Shown here: piece after piece, positions 13,091 through 24,974 of the stretch | Layout: every line of letters begins with the position of its first letter | How positions within the stretch are numbered: position 1 is the stretch's first letter | Source of the DNA: Camelus dromedarius | Lineage: Eukaryota | Direction: 5' to 3' | Assembly (NCBI RefSeq): GCF_036321535.1 | Contig: NC_087436.1 | Span: 43,092,001-43,156,000, forward strand | DNA length: 64,000 nt | Position numbers and translations under genes: made by a program | Notes under the pieces: generated by a model | Seen by the model: the letters and a program-made list of their open reading frames with translations, nothing else | Told to the model about the DNA's origin: nothing | The model's database searches: none

Positions 13091-13558
13091 TTATTTTGGA
13101 CCCATTTCCTAATTATTGGAAATTAGAGCTTAAATAATTACAAATGCTTGTTTAAAACATCTCTGGGTATAAAATATATTTGGATCTTCTGTAATGCCTA
13201 TCATTGGAAACATCTGAGACTATCAACTAGGAAAGATAATTTGCAACATTTCTTTCCCTTACTAATTGGGAGTGCAAGTCACTTCTGGGACTTTTAGGCA
13301 AGATGTACAATCATGTCTCAACTTTGGAGATTCTGATTCTGACTCAGGATTCAAGAGAATCCTGGTTAACTGGGTTTTTTTTTAGAGCTCTTCAGGTGGC
13401 ACGAATTAACACCATAAGTTGAGGAAAATACTATTTCACTGTGTATGTCAGTCAAATGGGAATTCTACTCTCTTAAATTATCCTGCACCCATCCATGAAC
13501 ATATATAGTGACACAACAATAAATCGTATCATGTTCTTCTCAAACACAAAGCACACAT

Positions 13559-13561
<3 letters not shown>

Positions 13562-13590
<29 letters not shown>
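13562..13590. repeat. (CA)n microsatellite; (UG)n in the transcript just downstream of the 183-nt exon
   Basis: About 14 CA units. Confidence 0.9.
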
Positions 13591-13594
<4 letters not shown>

Positions 13595-13617
13595 TACAGA
13601 GGATGATGCTTCTATAC

Positions 13618-13800
13618 CTCTTCAAAGTCATCTTTGGCTGAAGGAAGATCAGTGGCTAAGCTAGAATCCCCCAGATGCTTCTCCATCCTCTCTCCGTGTA
13701 CCATAGTTGTTTTAACAACTTTGCTGACTCTACGGCCTTCCACAGGTTCAGCCTGAAATTGTGAAGTACTGCACAAAAGGCTGGGCTCAGACACAGTGAC
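13618..13800 (-). CDS. ANK2: 183-nt alternative exon (VTVSEPSLLCSTSQFQAEPVEGRRVSKVVKTT...DDFEE)
   Basis: catcag|GTC ACT GTG...GAA GAG|gtatag; phase 0-0; open frame. Confidence 0.88.
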
Positions 13801-14583
13801 CTGATGAATGAAGGACACACAGCATACAGTTTCTGACTGCCAAAATGTAACAATGATGAATTTTTCCATTAAGATAAAACACACCCATACACTACAATGG
13901 TATACACTGAAAACAGTATTTTGTAAAAGAGTTAGAAAAAAAATCTATAATCGGCTGGTCATGTCTATATAATGACTGCAACTACCCAGCACCAAATCAA
14001 CCACTTAATTAGTCACCTGAATGAAAATCGGTCAGGAAGTTTCGTGACTAAGAAGCTGACTGCTCAGTGCAACACAGACATAGCGCCCTGGGCCTGAACC
14101 CTCTTTTCCCATGTCTAAGTGGTTTGTTTTGGCCTTCTGAAGATAAAATTAACCTCCAAAGGAGGAACTCTCAGAGACAGGAAAAACTGAAAATGTAGAT
14201 TTGTAGAGAATCTCATGTGTATCATAGTATCACTTTCAGGATCTGAATGAATGCAAGGCAGTGATAACGTCATAAATTACATGTCAGAGAGAGTAAATAC
14301 GTTTCTGAAAGAGGGAAGTAAAACAGGAAGAGATAAAACTCTAAGTCAAGGAGTTTCTGGATCCTGGTTTTGGTGACTCTGAAATGCAGAAGTTTGAAAA
14401 CCAAACATTTATCTGCAGTGCCAGAAAGAAGGCTGCCATGCAGACTGGGTGCGTCTGCACAGGGCTTTTCCAGAACCTACTGCTCGCCAGCCGGTGGGAT
14501 TCTAGTCTTTTAAAATCTGACTTTTGGATTTCTGCTGTGGTCAAGTATGAATTAAAGAGCAAAAAGAAAGAAAAAGGACCAAA

Positions 14584-14699
14584 TGAGTGTGTATATGTCC
14601 ATGAACGACTGAAAAATTGTGCTGAACACTGGAATTTGACACAACATTGTAAAATGATTATAAATCAATAAAAAATGTTAAAAAAAAAAAAAAAGAAAT
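14584..14699 (+). mobile_element. Short 5'-truncated LINE-1 3' end with target-site duplication
   Basis: L1-type 3' end and poly(A), flanked by AAAAAGGACCAAA at 14571-14583 and 14700-14712. Confidence 0.8.
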
Positions 14700-14922
14700 A
14701 AAAAGGACCAAAGACAATGAGTACAATGGTTACAAATCTCCCTGATGGTTATTTAAACATTCCACAAAATCATGAAACAAAAAAATGAATGTTAACTGAA
14801 CGCAGACTGCCTTATGGATGGGAGAAGTGAGGCCAGTAGGAATAAACAATCTCGTCCCTCTCTTGTGAGCTCGACTTTACACCTCTCCATAAAGTCCGTT
14901 CTGGAGAATCAGACGGTCTCAC

Positions 14923-15087
14923 CTCTGACTGTTCCATGTCACTCTTCAGTATGATGCGCTTTATGACTTTGGAATAGCCATCCCCTTCCTCAATGTTGAC
15001 AGGATCCTGTGGCATTCCCTGCATCGTAATCTCTTCTTTCTCTATGCCATCAGAAGATACGTACCGCCTAATGATTTTCCTAGTAAC
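14923..15087 (-). CDS. ANK2: 165-nt exon ([14 protein letters not shown]...MEQSE)
   Basis: ttccag|GTT ACT AGG...TCA GAG|gtgaga; preceded by a 110-nt intron. Confidence 0.96.
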
Positions 15088-15197
15088 CTGGAAGATATTG
15101 TATTCATGCATCTTGTTTTTGAGTGACAGTGCCGGGTTCTAGTACATTTTAGACAGGAGGTTTGAAATCAACCAAGTTATGATACTGAAGATAATAC

Positions 15198-15281
15198 CTT
15201 TTTCACCACAGTGTGTCCGCGCTCATCAACGTATTCTTCTTCAGTGACTGATTCTGGGGTTATGTCGGGCATATCCTCTCC
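15198..15281 (-). CDS. ANK2: 84-nt exon ([28 protein letters not shown])
   Basis: gtttag|GGA GAG GAT...AAA AAG|gtatta. Confidence 0.95.
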
Positions 15282-15764
15282 CTAAACAATTAAGAGAAAA
15301 GGGTCACTTCTCTGTTTGGCATCAATGCTGAGGAACTACTCCCAGGTGCTTATAATGCGAGGAATGTTAGAAAATTAAAGGAGCTTTGAGAAGCATTGCT
15401 GAGATGCCAAATCCTGTCAAGTAGTATGTTTAAAAGAAAAAAAAAGGTAGATAATAACATGCTAGAAAATCTGATCAAAGTTAGCTAAAATTTAAACAAA
15501 AAACAAAAACAGATAAGCCAGAGGTGAGGTGGGTGGAACTGAAGAGGCGAAATCTTGCTCTTGCTGCTTGCTCTCTTGGAGGTAGGCTGTATCATTACTG
15601 CTGCATTTCTTTACAAACGTAGCTTGGGAGGGTGAAGGAGTCTGCTTTCTAAAGGCCATGCACTACCGGAGGAGCATGCCGAGCCCTCTGCTCCAGGTCA
15701 GTCACTCTCCATGGGTTACGGGGACCCAAGCGTCCCGGACGTGCAGTAACTGAACAGCTGGTAC

Positions 15765-15857
15765 CTGAATAATCACTCGCCGGCGGACAACCCTGGTAGT
15801 TAGCATCGCCTCCTCATCTGAGCTGGCCTCCAGCTCACCTAATTCCTCTGTGAGCTC
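15765..15857 (-). CDS. ANK2: 93-nt cassette exon (ELTEELGELEASSDEEAMLTTRVVRRRVIIQ), obscurin-binding-site type, muscle-associated
   Basis: caccag|GAG CTC ACA...ATT CAG|gtacca; phase 0-0; TRVVRRRV matches the obscurin-binding motif recalled for small ankyrin-1. Confidence 0.92.
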
Positions 15858-18202
15858 CTGGTGGAAGCACGGAAGCATTGTTTTGTTTATCGCACTAAGG
15901 AATGTCTTCACTACTGGTTTCTGCTTTAGCTCACACTGGTTTCTGAAAGTTTTATTCAAGGAGGCTTTGGTGAAAAAGCCAGCAAGGGTGAAAACAGTGC
16001 ATGTGAGGCTCCAACTTCAGTGAGAAGATAGCTTTTTGTTCACTGAATGAAAAAAGAAAATTCTGGAATTCTGAGAGCTTTCTGAGCACCCATCTGTCAA
16101 AATCCGTCAGAGAAAATAAGCAGCTTCCCCACATTATTTATTGGACTTAATCTCCTGAGGTATAACCAAATGTAAACATGGGCCCTAAGCAGCACAGTAA
16201 AGCCACGGACACTAGGGCTGAGGCTGAGAATGATTCACCCAAAGGTAAAGAAATGTCTTATGCTTGTAGCAGGACTTTCTGCAGGAAGTCAAAACTTCCT
16301 GGGGCTATTATCTGGCCAGCAGTGCATTTCCCTGCCAGCAAGGAAGGCAGGCTATGGACAGTATTAAACTCATTCTGTAGAGAAGCTGAGGTGCAGAGGT
16401 CAAGCCAATTTTATGCGTCTGGCCCAAAGCCAGAGCCAGAGCTAATAACATAATTTTAGATTAGAACATGTCTTGGGAGCCATATATCGAATCACTCTTT
16501 CCTAATGGAATGCTATTTAAAAAAAATTTTTTTTCTCAACATACTAAAATACCACTTATATTTCTATATTCTTTCCTGCTAAAGGAAAACGTGTAAGTTC
16601 TAAAGCAGGTTATACTTTAAATACACTCAAGAATCTGCTGCCTGGAAATATGGTCAGCAAGGAAAATGATTGAAATTGGATCCTCAAGTCAGGGTTATGA
16701 GAGGTTAAGGATCAAAAAAGGAAGCTGGAGAGATAATTGGAAATTCAACAAGAATAAGCAGAACAGGCCTGTATAAAGAATGAAACAGAATGACTTATCA
16801 AAGTTTATTTATATGCATAGAACAGATTAAATGTATGAATTATCCAGGTAACTGTTTTTAACCTATACTTCAGTTAGATTCTGAGACTGAAATTGGCAAC
16901 GTTTAAGTCAGACAGCATCTATGAAACATTTTCACTAGAATTCACTTAAGCCAAGAACTTGAGAGATGAGTAATTCTGCACAAAGGCAAACTTGGAATAG
17001 AAATCCATTCATGGGATGAATTCATCATTTAAGATAACTGCCAAAATCAGAGAATAGTTCTCATCTGCCGGGAACTCTCCTAATTTTAGTTGTGATTTTA
17101 GATAAATCCTGTCAGCAGATGTCACACTCATAGTGAAAAAAAAAAATTTCAAGCCCAAAGATATGTTGCATCACACTTTAATTCTTTCATATAACTCATT
17201 CTTTCCTACTGAGACATATATTCATGCTTTAAAAAAACCTTGACACATACACAGTTTTTGAGCTCAAAAATGAAAAATACTATCTAATTTAATCTACATT
17301 AAGTTAAGTTTAATTCAAACAGATTCTCACACTTTGTGGGGGAAGGGTATGAGAGTCCTCTAGGGAGAAACAGAAAATGCAGACTCTTGTCCCCCTCCCC
17401 AACCTGGGATTCATCCTGATTCAGGAGTTCTGAGGAAGCAGGGATCAAGTCCTCCAGTTAAAACTGAGGGATATGAACCACCCAGACCATGTTTTGAGAA
17501 TAAATGGTTTGAATGAGTTTCTTAAGATGGTCTCCACCCCTCCGGACAATGTCAAAACTCACTGATGACAAAGAAGGAAAGACGGTGATGCAGATCTCAT
17601 GCCACTATTGATTTTCTGACACTTAGAACCAGCCATCACTTTAGGCATAATGTCTTTTTCCTGTCATTCTTAAAATAAATAGAAGATCTCACTTGGAAAT
17701 AATCCTTCCTCTAATGAGAAAAATTTGTTCTGGGAGGTAGAGCCCACCCGATACCCGCAGTCTGTGTGTCCGTCCTGACGGCAGAGACAGACACGGACAG
17801 ACTTAGGGGTGCAGGTCTGGCACTTGCCCCCTGGCTGGCTGTCTCACCTGAGGCTCAGTTCATCCCCGTCACGGGCTTTCTTCATGCCTAAGACAACTAA
17901 TTTTGAAAAGCTACGTCAGGTACAGTGTTTCACCCCAGTGTTCATTTTTCTTAGCAAAAGGGTTTATGACTATAAAATGAGGGCTTACAGTCAAGTAGCT
18001 AGAACAGGAACTATGCATCTTCTTTTTCAAGATTCACTGGTTTCTAGATTTTAAAAGGGACTGAGGGCTTCGCATGGCCCAGGTTAATTAACTTGGCGAC
18101 CCTTTTTGTTTTGCAGTGAAAACATAAGTCATCAGAGAAATGGAAACAAAGGTGTGTAGCTTTGTTGCAGGTGGGCAAGGAATAGAGCAGAGGAGATTTT
18201 AC

Positions 18203-18494
18203 CTTTTGAAAAGCTGCCTCTTCATCGAGCCTCTCAAAGGCCCGCGGCTGGTCCTCGGCAGACTCCACTATCACGAGGCTGCTTTTCCGGGGCGAACCCT
18301 CCTCCCTCCGTTCTGGGGGCTCTTCAGGTTCTTGTACGATGGGAGAGTCTCCTCGCCCGCTCGATGTCGGGGTCTGGGGGTACGGCCTCTCCTCCTCGGC
18401 AGGGCTGCTGACTTCCTCAGGTGTCTGGCTGGGAGAGCCAGGTACTGCCGTGGCCTTTTGGGTCTCTGATACTTCCGTCCCTGGGGTGGTCACG
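18203..18494 (-). CDS. ANK2: C-terminal domain exon, 292 nt ([13 protein letters not shown]...EAAFQK)
   Basis: tttcag|C GTG ACC...CAA AAG|gtaaaa. Confidence 0.95.
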
Positions 18495-19789
18495 CTGAAA
18501 CAGAAAAGCCCAATTATGCCACGAGAGCATATGCATTTCTGCCCCTGCTGAAGCAAGGAATCTGGCAGGGAAGACGGGACTTGTCTTCACAGTCCATGGA
18601 AGTCTCAAAAGGTTTTGTAAAGTTGGTCAAGAAATGAAATGTGAATAGAAATCATTATGTAAGATACAGAGTTACAGCTCACTGATCTAACATTAACTGG
18701 GAAATATGTATTCTAAAGATAAATATTGTCCTCAAATGTATTACTATTTCCTAATCTCTACAAAGTAGAGATAATAAATAATATTAGTGATATTAAATGC
18801 ATGATAATTTCATCTTTTCTTCGATAACTCAAGGTACTCTGGATGATTTAAAGAGGTTTATATAACAGATCTGTAGACACTAAGGCTTTTGAAGCAAGAA
18901 TCAAAATTCGGCAGAATTTTTCAAAAGCAATATATAAACACCATGTTAATACAGTTATCATAGTTATAAATACAGGGAGATTCTCATTATACCTCCAGGA
19001 AACTGTATTACTTGATAGGATGATCTACTGGCATTGAAATTCTGTCTGTGGCTGTAGTTTGGGGAAAACTAATGCAACCTTTATCATGTCAATTTCTAAA
19101 AGAAAAAAAAAATCTGCTGTTTCTGCTCCTTTAATTTTCTGTCACTCTGTAGAAATTAAATGCCCAAAGTGCCTTTCTGATAAGCCCTCTTTGCTTCCCA
19201 TCTTTTTCTTTTTCCTGCTTTCTTTTCCTTACCTCTTCTCTATGCTCGCCCCTAAAGTCTAAAAGTAGATGGGCTAAGGGGCGGTGCTCAGGGAAGAAAA
19301 GATCATTTCAATACCCATCTTACCCTCTTCTCAGGTTCCAGTGACCCCAGCATAAAACCCACTCGACAAAGGAGAGGCTGTGATACAGTCTCCTGACACA
19401 CTGTTCTCAGATTTCGAGGCTGGGACATGCCTGCCATTCTCAGGATCCATTTGCTTTTTCTAGAGGACAAGTGTCACTTCTTTTGCCTTTGCTTCCAGAA
19501 AGCCCAGAACTTGAGTTCTAAGCTGACTATGCTCTGCAAATTTCTTTAGCTGGAAGCTCTCTAGAAGACATCTCTGGATCCCACTCCAACCCCCAATGGT
19601 CTTTCATCCTGTGTGAAGAATTAGTGCTGCATTTCTGTTTTTATTGTTAGCCACACAGGGGCTGCTTCACCTACACTGTCAGGGTGCACACTCTGAACCA
19701 GCCAGGGTGCAACGGGCACATACAGAGACAAGTGAGGTGCAGCAAATGTACAAGTAAGAACTGCATGGTCTACAGTTTAAACAATGCTT

Positions 19790-19925
19790 TCACAGACATA
19801 CCCTGGACCTTCAACCCTGTAAGATGAATAAGGTATATATTATTATCATAATTTATAGATGTGGAAACCGAGACTCAAAGGGCTTAGGCATTTGCCCAAG
19901 TTTACAGAACTAGAGGTTGGTTCAG
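19790..19925 (-). mobile_element. MIR SINE remnant
   Basis: tttatagatgtggaaaccgagactcaaagggcttaggcatttgcccaag core. Confidence 0.6.
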
Positions 19926-20126
19926 GTGGACCTGTGCGGTGCAATGCCGTCACAATGATGTCTCGTAGATATTTTGCTTTTTTTTTCTGTAGTTCTGCCA
20001 CTTGTTATGGGTGGGATCATTCAAAAACTATCTGAAAACAATTTACGCTTGTATATGCCTGGCACCCTCGCCCCACAGGCTTGCTTCTTTGGAATTACAT
20101 TGAACAGGTTTTCGTTTGCAACTCAC

Positions 20127-20400
20127 AAGTATTCCTGCTGTTCAAGAGATGACTCTTCAGGCTGGTCCTGCATTTTCCCTGAGAAATCCTGCTGAGCGTG
20201 CTCCTGGTGAGTCGGGGGAAGGTGCTCTGTTGCTGAGATGTCCCCCTCAGTTTTGGGGATGGAATCCTGAAAAGTGGAGTAGCCGACAGAAATGTCTTCC
20301 TCTGAGACGATGGGAGGATGATCGCCCTCTCTGGAATCAGCCTGCTCCTCTTTCTGCTTGTGCTGTGCAGTGCATAGCTCCTCCTGAAGTACTGAGAACC
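20127..20400 (-). CDS. ANK2: C-terminal domain exon, 274 nt ([16 protein letters not shown]...LEQQEYF)
   Basis: ctgtag|GG TTC TCA...TAC TT|gtgagt; open frame, phase 1-2. Confidence 0.94.
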
Positions 20401-20969
20401 CTACAGGGGAGAACGATTTAAATTATGCATTTAATTGAAGCTAAACAATATTAAGTGGGTACTTATTAAGTAACTGCTACATGCCACATCTGTGATAGGT
20501 CCATTGTTATAAAGCTGAAGGAGGCACTGTCTCTGCCTTCACGATGCTGACCATCTTGGGAAGCTCAGGAAGTAAGGGATACTAAAATGCAGAGCGGCTG
20601 GGCCACAGCTGCCAGTCAATGAATGAGGGAGCATCCAACTCAGGGTTAAAGACTCAGGAAAGGAAATGCAGAGAGTGTGACATCTTAAGCAGATCTAATG
20701 GTAAGCAGATATCAACTGCAACAGTTAAGGCATAGAATCTATGTGGTAAGAAGAAAGTTAATAATAGTTAATAATAATAATAATTAATAATAGCTAACAT
20801 GTTCTGAATATTTACTCTCTGTCAGGCAATGTTCTAAGTGCTTTGCAAGTAGTAACTTGAATTAAACAACACTCTGATGTTAGCACTCTTTTTATGGAGG
20901 GTTTCTTATTTCATTATATCCAGGGCAATGAGGAGTCATTGAAAGAGGTGTGATTGACATGCATCTGTC

Positions 20970-21120
20970 TATCTATTCACTTAACAGATATATATCGAGT
21001 ATTGACTGTGTAATTGGTGCTGTTTAGATGCTGGATACATAGCAGTGAGTAAGACAGAAGAAACTTCTGGCCTCACTGAACTTGGATTTCTGCAGATGCG
21101 TGCTTATGATAACTTTTAGG
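20970..21120 (-). mobile_element. LINE-2 3' end remnant; more degenerate L2-like sequence probably extends to ~22480
   Basis: attcacttaacagatat...gctggatacatagcagtgagtaagacaga pattern. Confidence 0.55.
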
Positions 21121-22519
21121 AGACAAGAAACCCAGGGTAAAGATACACAGTAAATCAGGTCAGTACTTTAGGTACACCTGTCAGGACAGGCTTGTCTTGG
21201 GAGGTGATACTTGAGCAAAGGCGCAAATAAAGTGAGAGCAAAAGGTACCTGGTGAACACTCCAGAATGGAGGGAACAGAAAGCACCAGAGCCCTGAAGCC
21301 CAAGAATGTGTCGGGTGCCCAGGGAACAGCCCAGAGGCCAGGCGTCAGGGACTCGGGAAGGAGGGAGGGACGGGAGGTGGGACACGCTACGAGATTCTTG
21401 GTGCTCAGTAACACATGGCATCATGTAAATCTAGGGAAAGTAAGAAGCTGCAGAAAGACACTGAGGAAGAATATCCTGCAAAATAGGGGAAAAGGAAAAC
21501 CAAGAAGAGAAGGTATCGTGGAAAGTGAGTGAAGAAAATGTTTCCAGAACAAGGGACTAATTTTTTCTGTCAAATGTTACTAAGGGGTAAAGGAAGATAA
21601 GACAATATTGTTCAGTGCATTTGGCAATGAGGAAACAATTAGTGAATTGTGCAGGATTCTTTTTGTCCAGTGGGGATGACAAAACCTGCTACGGAATTCT
21701 AGTGACAGTTCTGGAGAGAATGGAAAGAAAGACTATTCTCTGGAAGAGATTTCCTACATAATGGATGGAGAAACAGTGATTATACAGGAGAGCACACTGA
21801 GTGAAAGGAGTCATTTGCTTTGCTTTATTTTTAAAGCTGGGCTCTATTAAAGCATATTTTGATGCTGTGGAGCAGGGTCTACTGGTAGGAAGCCAGAGCA
21901 GATAATTGCAGAAGTAAATTAGTCCATGGTTGGTAAAAGGGGATGAGATCCTATGCAAGGAAAGAGATAATGGTTTTAGCAAAGCCAGGACACTGCATAG
22001 AGAAGGGAAGGCAGAGTATACACACTGAGATGCATTTGGGTTGGGAGATTTTTGTGGTGAAAGAATATGGACATTTGCTTATGGTTATTCCTATTTTTTC
22101 TAAGAAATACTAAATGTGGTCATCAGGTTGGAATAAATAAAAAGGAGAGAAATGCTGGAGGCTTGAAAGAAGAAAAGGTGCAAAAATAGTGATGCGTGAG
22201 TATCAGAAGGAGAAAAAGGAGGAGAAAAAGAAGGAGAGTAAGTGAGCATGGAAATGAATGAGGGTGGATTAGGGAAACTTTAATACTGAAAAGGTGGTAG
22301 GACCACTGGATGTCCCAGTGGGTTTGGAGAATTACTGCAAAGAGGCAAAAGAGGAAGCAAGTGTAATGCTTCACTGGAAGTAGTACAGTCATTGATAATG
22401 ATTTAGTTTTGGTTGTGGGCATAGGAATGGGTCATTAAGGTGGAGAAAAGACGCAAGTATCAGAAGTGCTGTCAGGGAGCAGAGGAAAGGGCGTTGGATG
22501 GAGCATCCTTTTTGATGGT

Positions 22520-22883
22520 TGTCATGAACTGAATGTTTGGGTCCCCTCAAAATTCGTATGTTGAAACCCTAGTCCCAGTGTGATGGTGTTTGGGGGTGGT
22601 ACCCCTGGGAAGTGATCAGGTCATGAGGGTAGAGCCCTCATGGATGGGATTAGTGCCCTTATAAGAAGAGATATGAGGCCTAGCTCGCTCGCTCTCCCCG
22701 ACGTGAGGGCAGAGCAGGAAGACAGCCTTGTACAGTCCAGAAGATAGCCCTCACCAGAGCCCAACCACGATCTCACCCTGATCTTGGACTTCTAGTCTCT
22801 AGAACTGTGCAAAAATAAATTTCTGCTGTCTAAGCCAACCAGTTTATGGTATTTTGTTATATCAGCCCATGATGACTCAGACA
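22520..22883 (+). mobile_element. MLT1A-like (MaLR) solo LTR
   Basis: tgtcatgaactgaatgtttgggtcccctcaaaattcgtatgttgaaaccct...gactcagaca; flanks atggt/atgat match at 4 of 5 positions. Confidence 0.85.
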
Positions 22884-23077
22884 ATGATGAAATAACAAAG
22901 AATGAGCACTGTTGGGGCATCTAAAATGGGCAGGGAAGCCTCAAAGTATTCAGGAGAAGATCGTATTACCAAAGGCCACAGTCTGCCTTCTAAAAATAGG
23001 AAGACAGTGGAGGACAGGTCCAGGTGCCTGAATTAACCATACATAGCAGACACTCAGACACACATGAATTGTTCGAC

Positions 23078-23221
23078 CTTCACTGTGATCCAGGGTGATT
23101 GTGTGTTCAATCTCTGCGTAGCTGTGACTGATGCGCTCCTGGAGGGGCTCTGTGCTGGCCTCCATGAGATGAACAATATCCATTCGGTTGATCTTGGTGA
23201 GACATTCAATGAGACTGGTAT
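23078..23221 (-). CDS. ANK2: Death-domain exon 3, 144 nt ([21 protein letters not shown]...DHSE)
   Basis: tcccag|AT ACC AGT...GAA G|gtcgaa (weak donor). Confidence 0.95.
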
Positions 23222-23479
23222 CTGGGATGTTAGAGAAAAACCATTTATTACATCTAAAGGGTACTCTTTAAAAAAATCTCTTTCATTTATTCTCACTGAA
23301 TTATTTTTTTTGTGTGAACTATTTTAAACACAGGAAAAATTTACTAAAATTTTGATATATGTACAGGAAACAACCAAAGCCCAATTAAGGGTCTTTGTAA
23401 AAATAAGCAAACAGACCAATCAGAGACGCACACAAAAAGAGGAGGGGGGCACAGCACGGCACAAGCCCTAAAAGTAAAG

Positions 23480-23662
23480 TTGCCAGAGAACATGTAGGAC
23501 ACCTTGCCAAATCTGAATTTTAAACAAAAAACAAATATTTTTTTACAAGTAAAAGTATATCTCAAATATTGTATGGGATATACTTCTAGAAAAGTATTTG
23601 TTGACTATCTGAAGATTTAATTGGCTGCTCTCTATTTTCATTTGCTAAAACTGGCAATCCTA
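23480..23662. mobile_element. hAT MITE remnant (MER53-like)
   Basis: ...tatttgttgactatctgaa...tttgctaaaactggcaatccta terminus. Confidence 0.45.
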
Positions 23663-24246
23663 CCAGAAGAATGGTAACAGAAGGAAAGATGAATGTGGGC
23701 TGGATGTGAATCAGAGAGGTCTCCAGGTAGACCTTCCAAGAGACATAAAAGGAAGTGGCAAATTTAGACCAGCTGAGGATGAGAAGCGGTTATGGTCAGT
23801 ATCACTTCTCATTTTATTTGATATGGTCAGAATATCACATATAAATCATTATAAAGAATATCTACCTGACATTTCTCCCCCATTTTAGTCATTTAGGAGT
23901 AAGAGAAGCAGGAACTGAAGGTAATGCATCATCAATAAAACAATGACTAATAAAGCAATTTGGCTGGCTATCGATACTTAGAAAGTTTTCGGACTTTTGT
24001 GACTACTGTGAGCAGCCAGTGCCAGTATCACATTCCACTAGTCAATGCTGTTCACGGGAACATGGTACAAGAATTTTTATGCAACACGCACATTTGAGAA
24101 ATGTGATAGCTTCTTTTGCTTAGAGAAGCACTTCAGATTGATGGCATTTGTTTTTTTCTTATTTTACTGAATCCACATAAAAGGTTTGTGGAACAAGACT
24201 TATTTCTACCTTTGGCCTACTGCCCTCACATAAGCTCCCCACCTAC

Positions 24247-24378
24247 CGGTAGCGTGTTTCCCATCCCTTTCTAGCCAGTACTTCAGAAGCGCATGACTCT
24301 GGTCCTGAAGGGAGTTAGGGTTCTCAATTCGAATTTGATGAATTTGCTCCTCGGTGAAATCCAGTTCTCTTGCTAATT
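24247..24378 (-). CDS. ANK2: Death-domain exon 2, 132 nt ([44 protein letters not shown])
   Basis: ttctag|AA TTA GCA...ACC G|gtaggt. Confidence 0.96.
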
Positions 24379-24974
24379 CTAGAAGAGAAGATGCTCCTTT
24401 GTAAATACACTAACTTCAAGGTTTGAGTCTCTACACCTTGCCTTGTGATTCTGTAAATGATGTGTTCTCAGTGTTACTGTAAGAGTTCCTTTATTGTTTT
24501 CTACTTACTAGAAGCGATGCTCATATGCCTTTGTTCTTCTAGCACTAACTGCAGGTATTTTCCTTAAAATTGGGTATAGAATTGATCACTGTCATAGTTT
24601 AAATAGTAAGTTTGAGGCAACGATGATAAAGTATGTAAATTCAGGGCCATTTACTTCCAAAATGTGGAAAAGACCCTTAATACCAGCTCATACTCTTAAC
24701 CAAGATAATGGAAAATAAATGACTGAAAACAGTAGAAATAGACCATGTCTCACTTTTAATTATCATTAGGTGATGTTTTAAATACTATAAATCCTGTTTC
24801 TGGGCACCTGGATAAATACTGGTTATTGCTATATTATGGTGGTTGGATAAACTCCTTTCTTTGATTGGATGTCACATGAATAAAAGGTCTGGGAAGCATT
24901 AATTGACCTAGGGAGGAAGCCACAAAGTTTTCCTGTAAAGTCTACCATTAACATTCTCTACGGATGCTTATACA

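Noticed and set aside
15952..16134. 60-aa ORF starting MW, like small ankyrin-1
   Set aside because: Out of frame with the 93-nt exon, stops before it, and has charged residues that rule out a membrane anchor.
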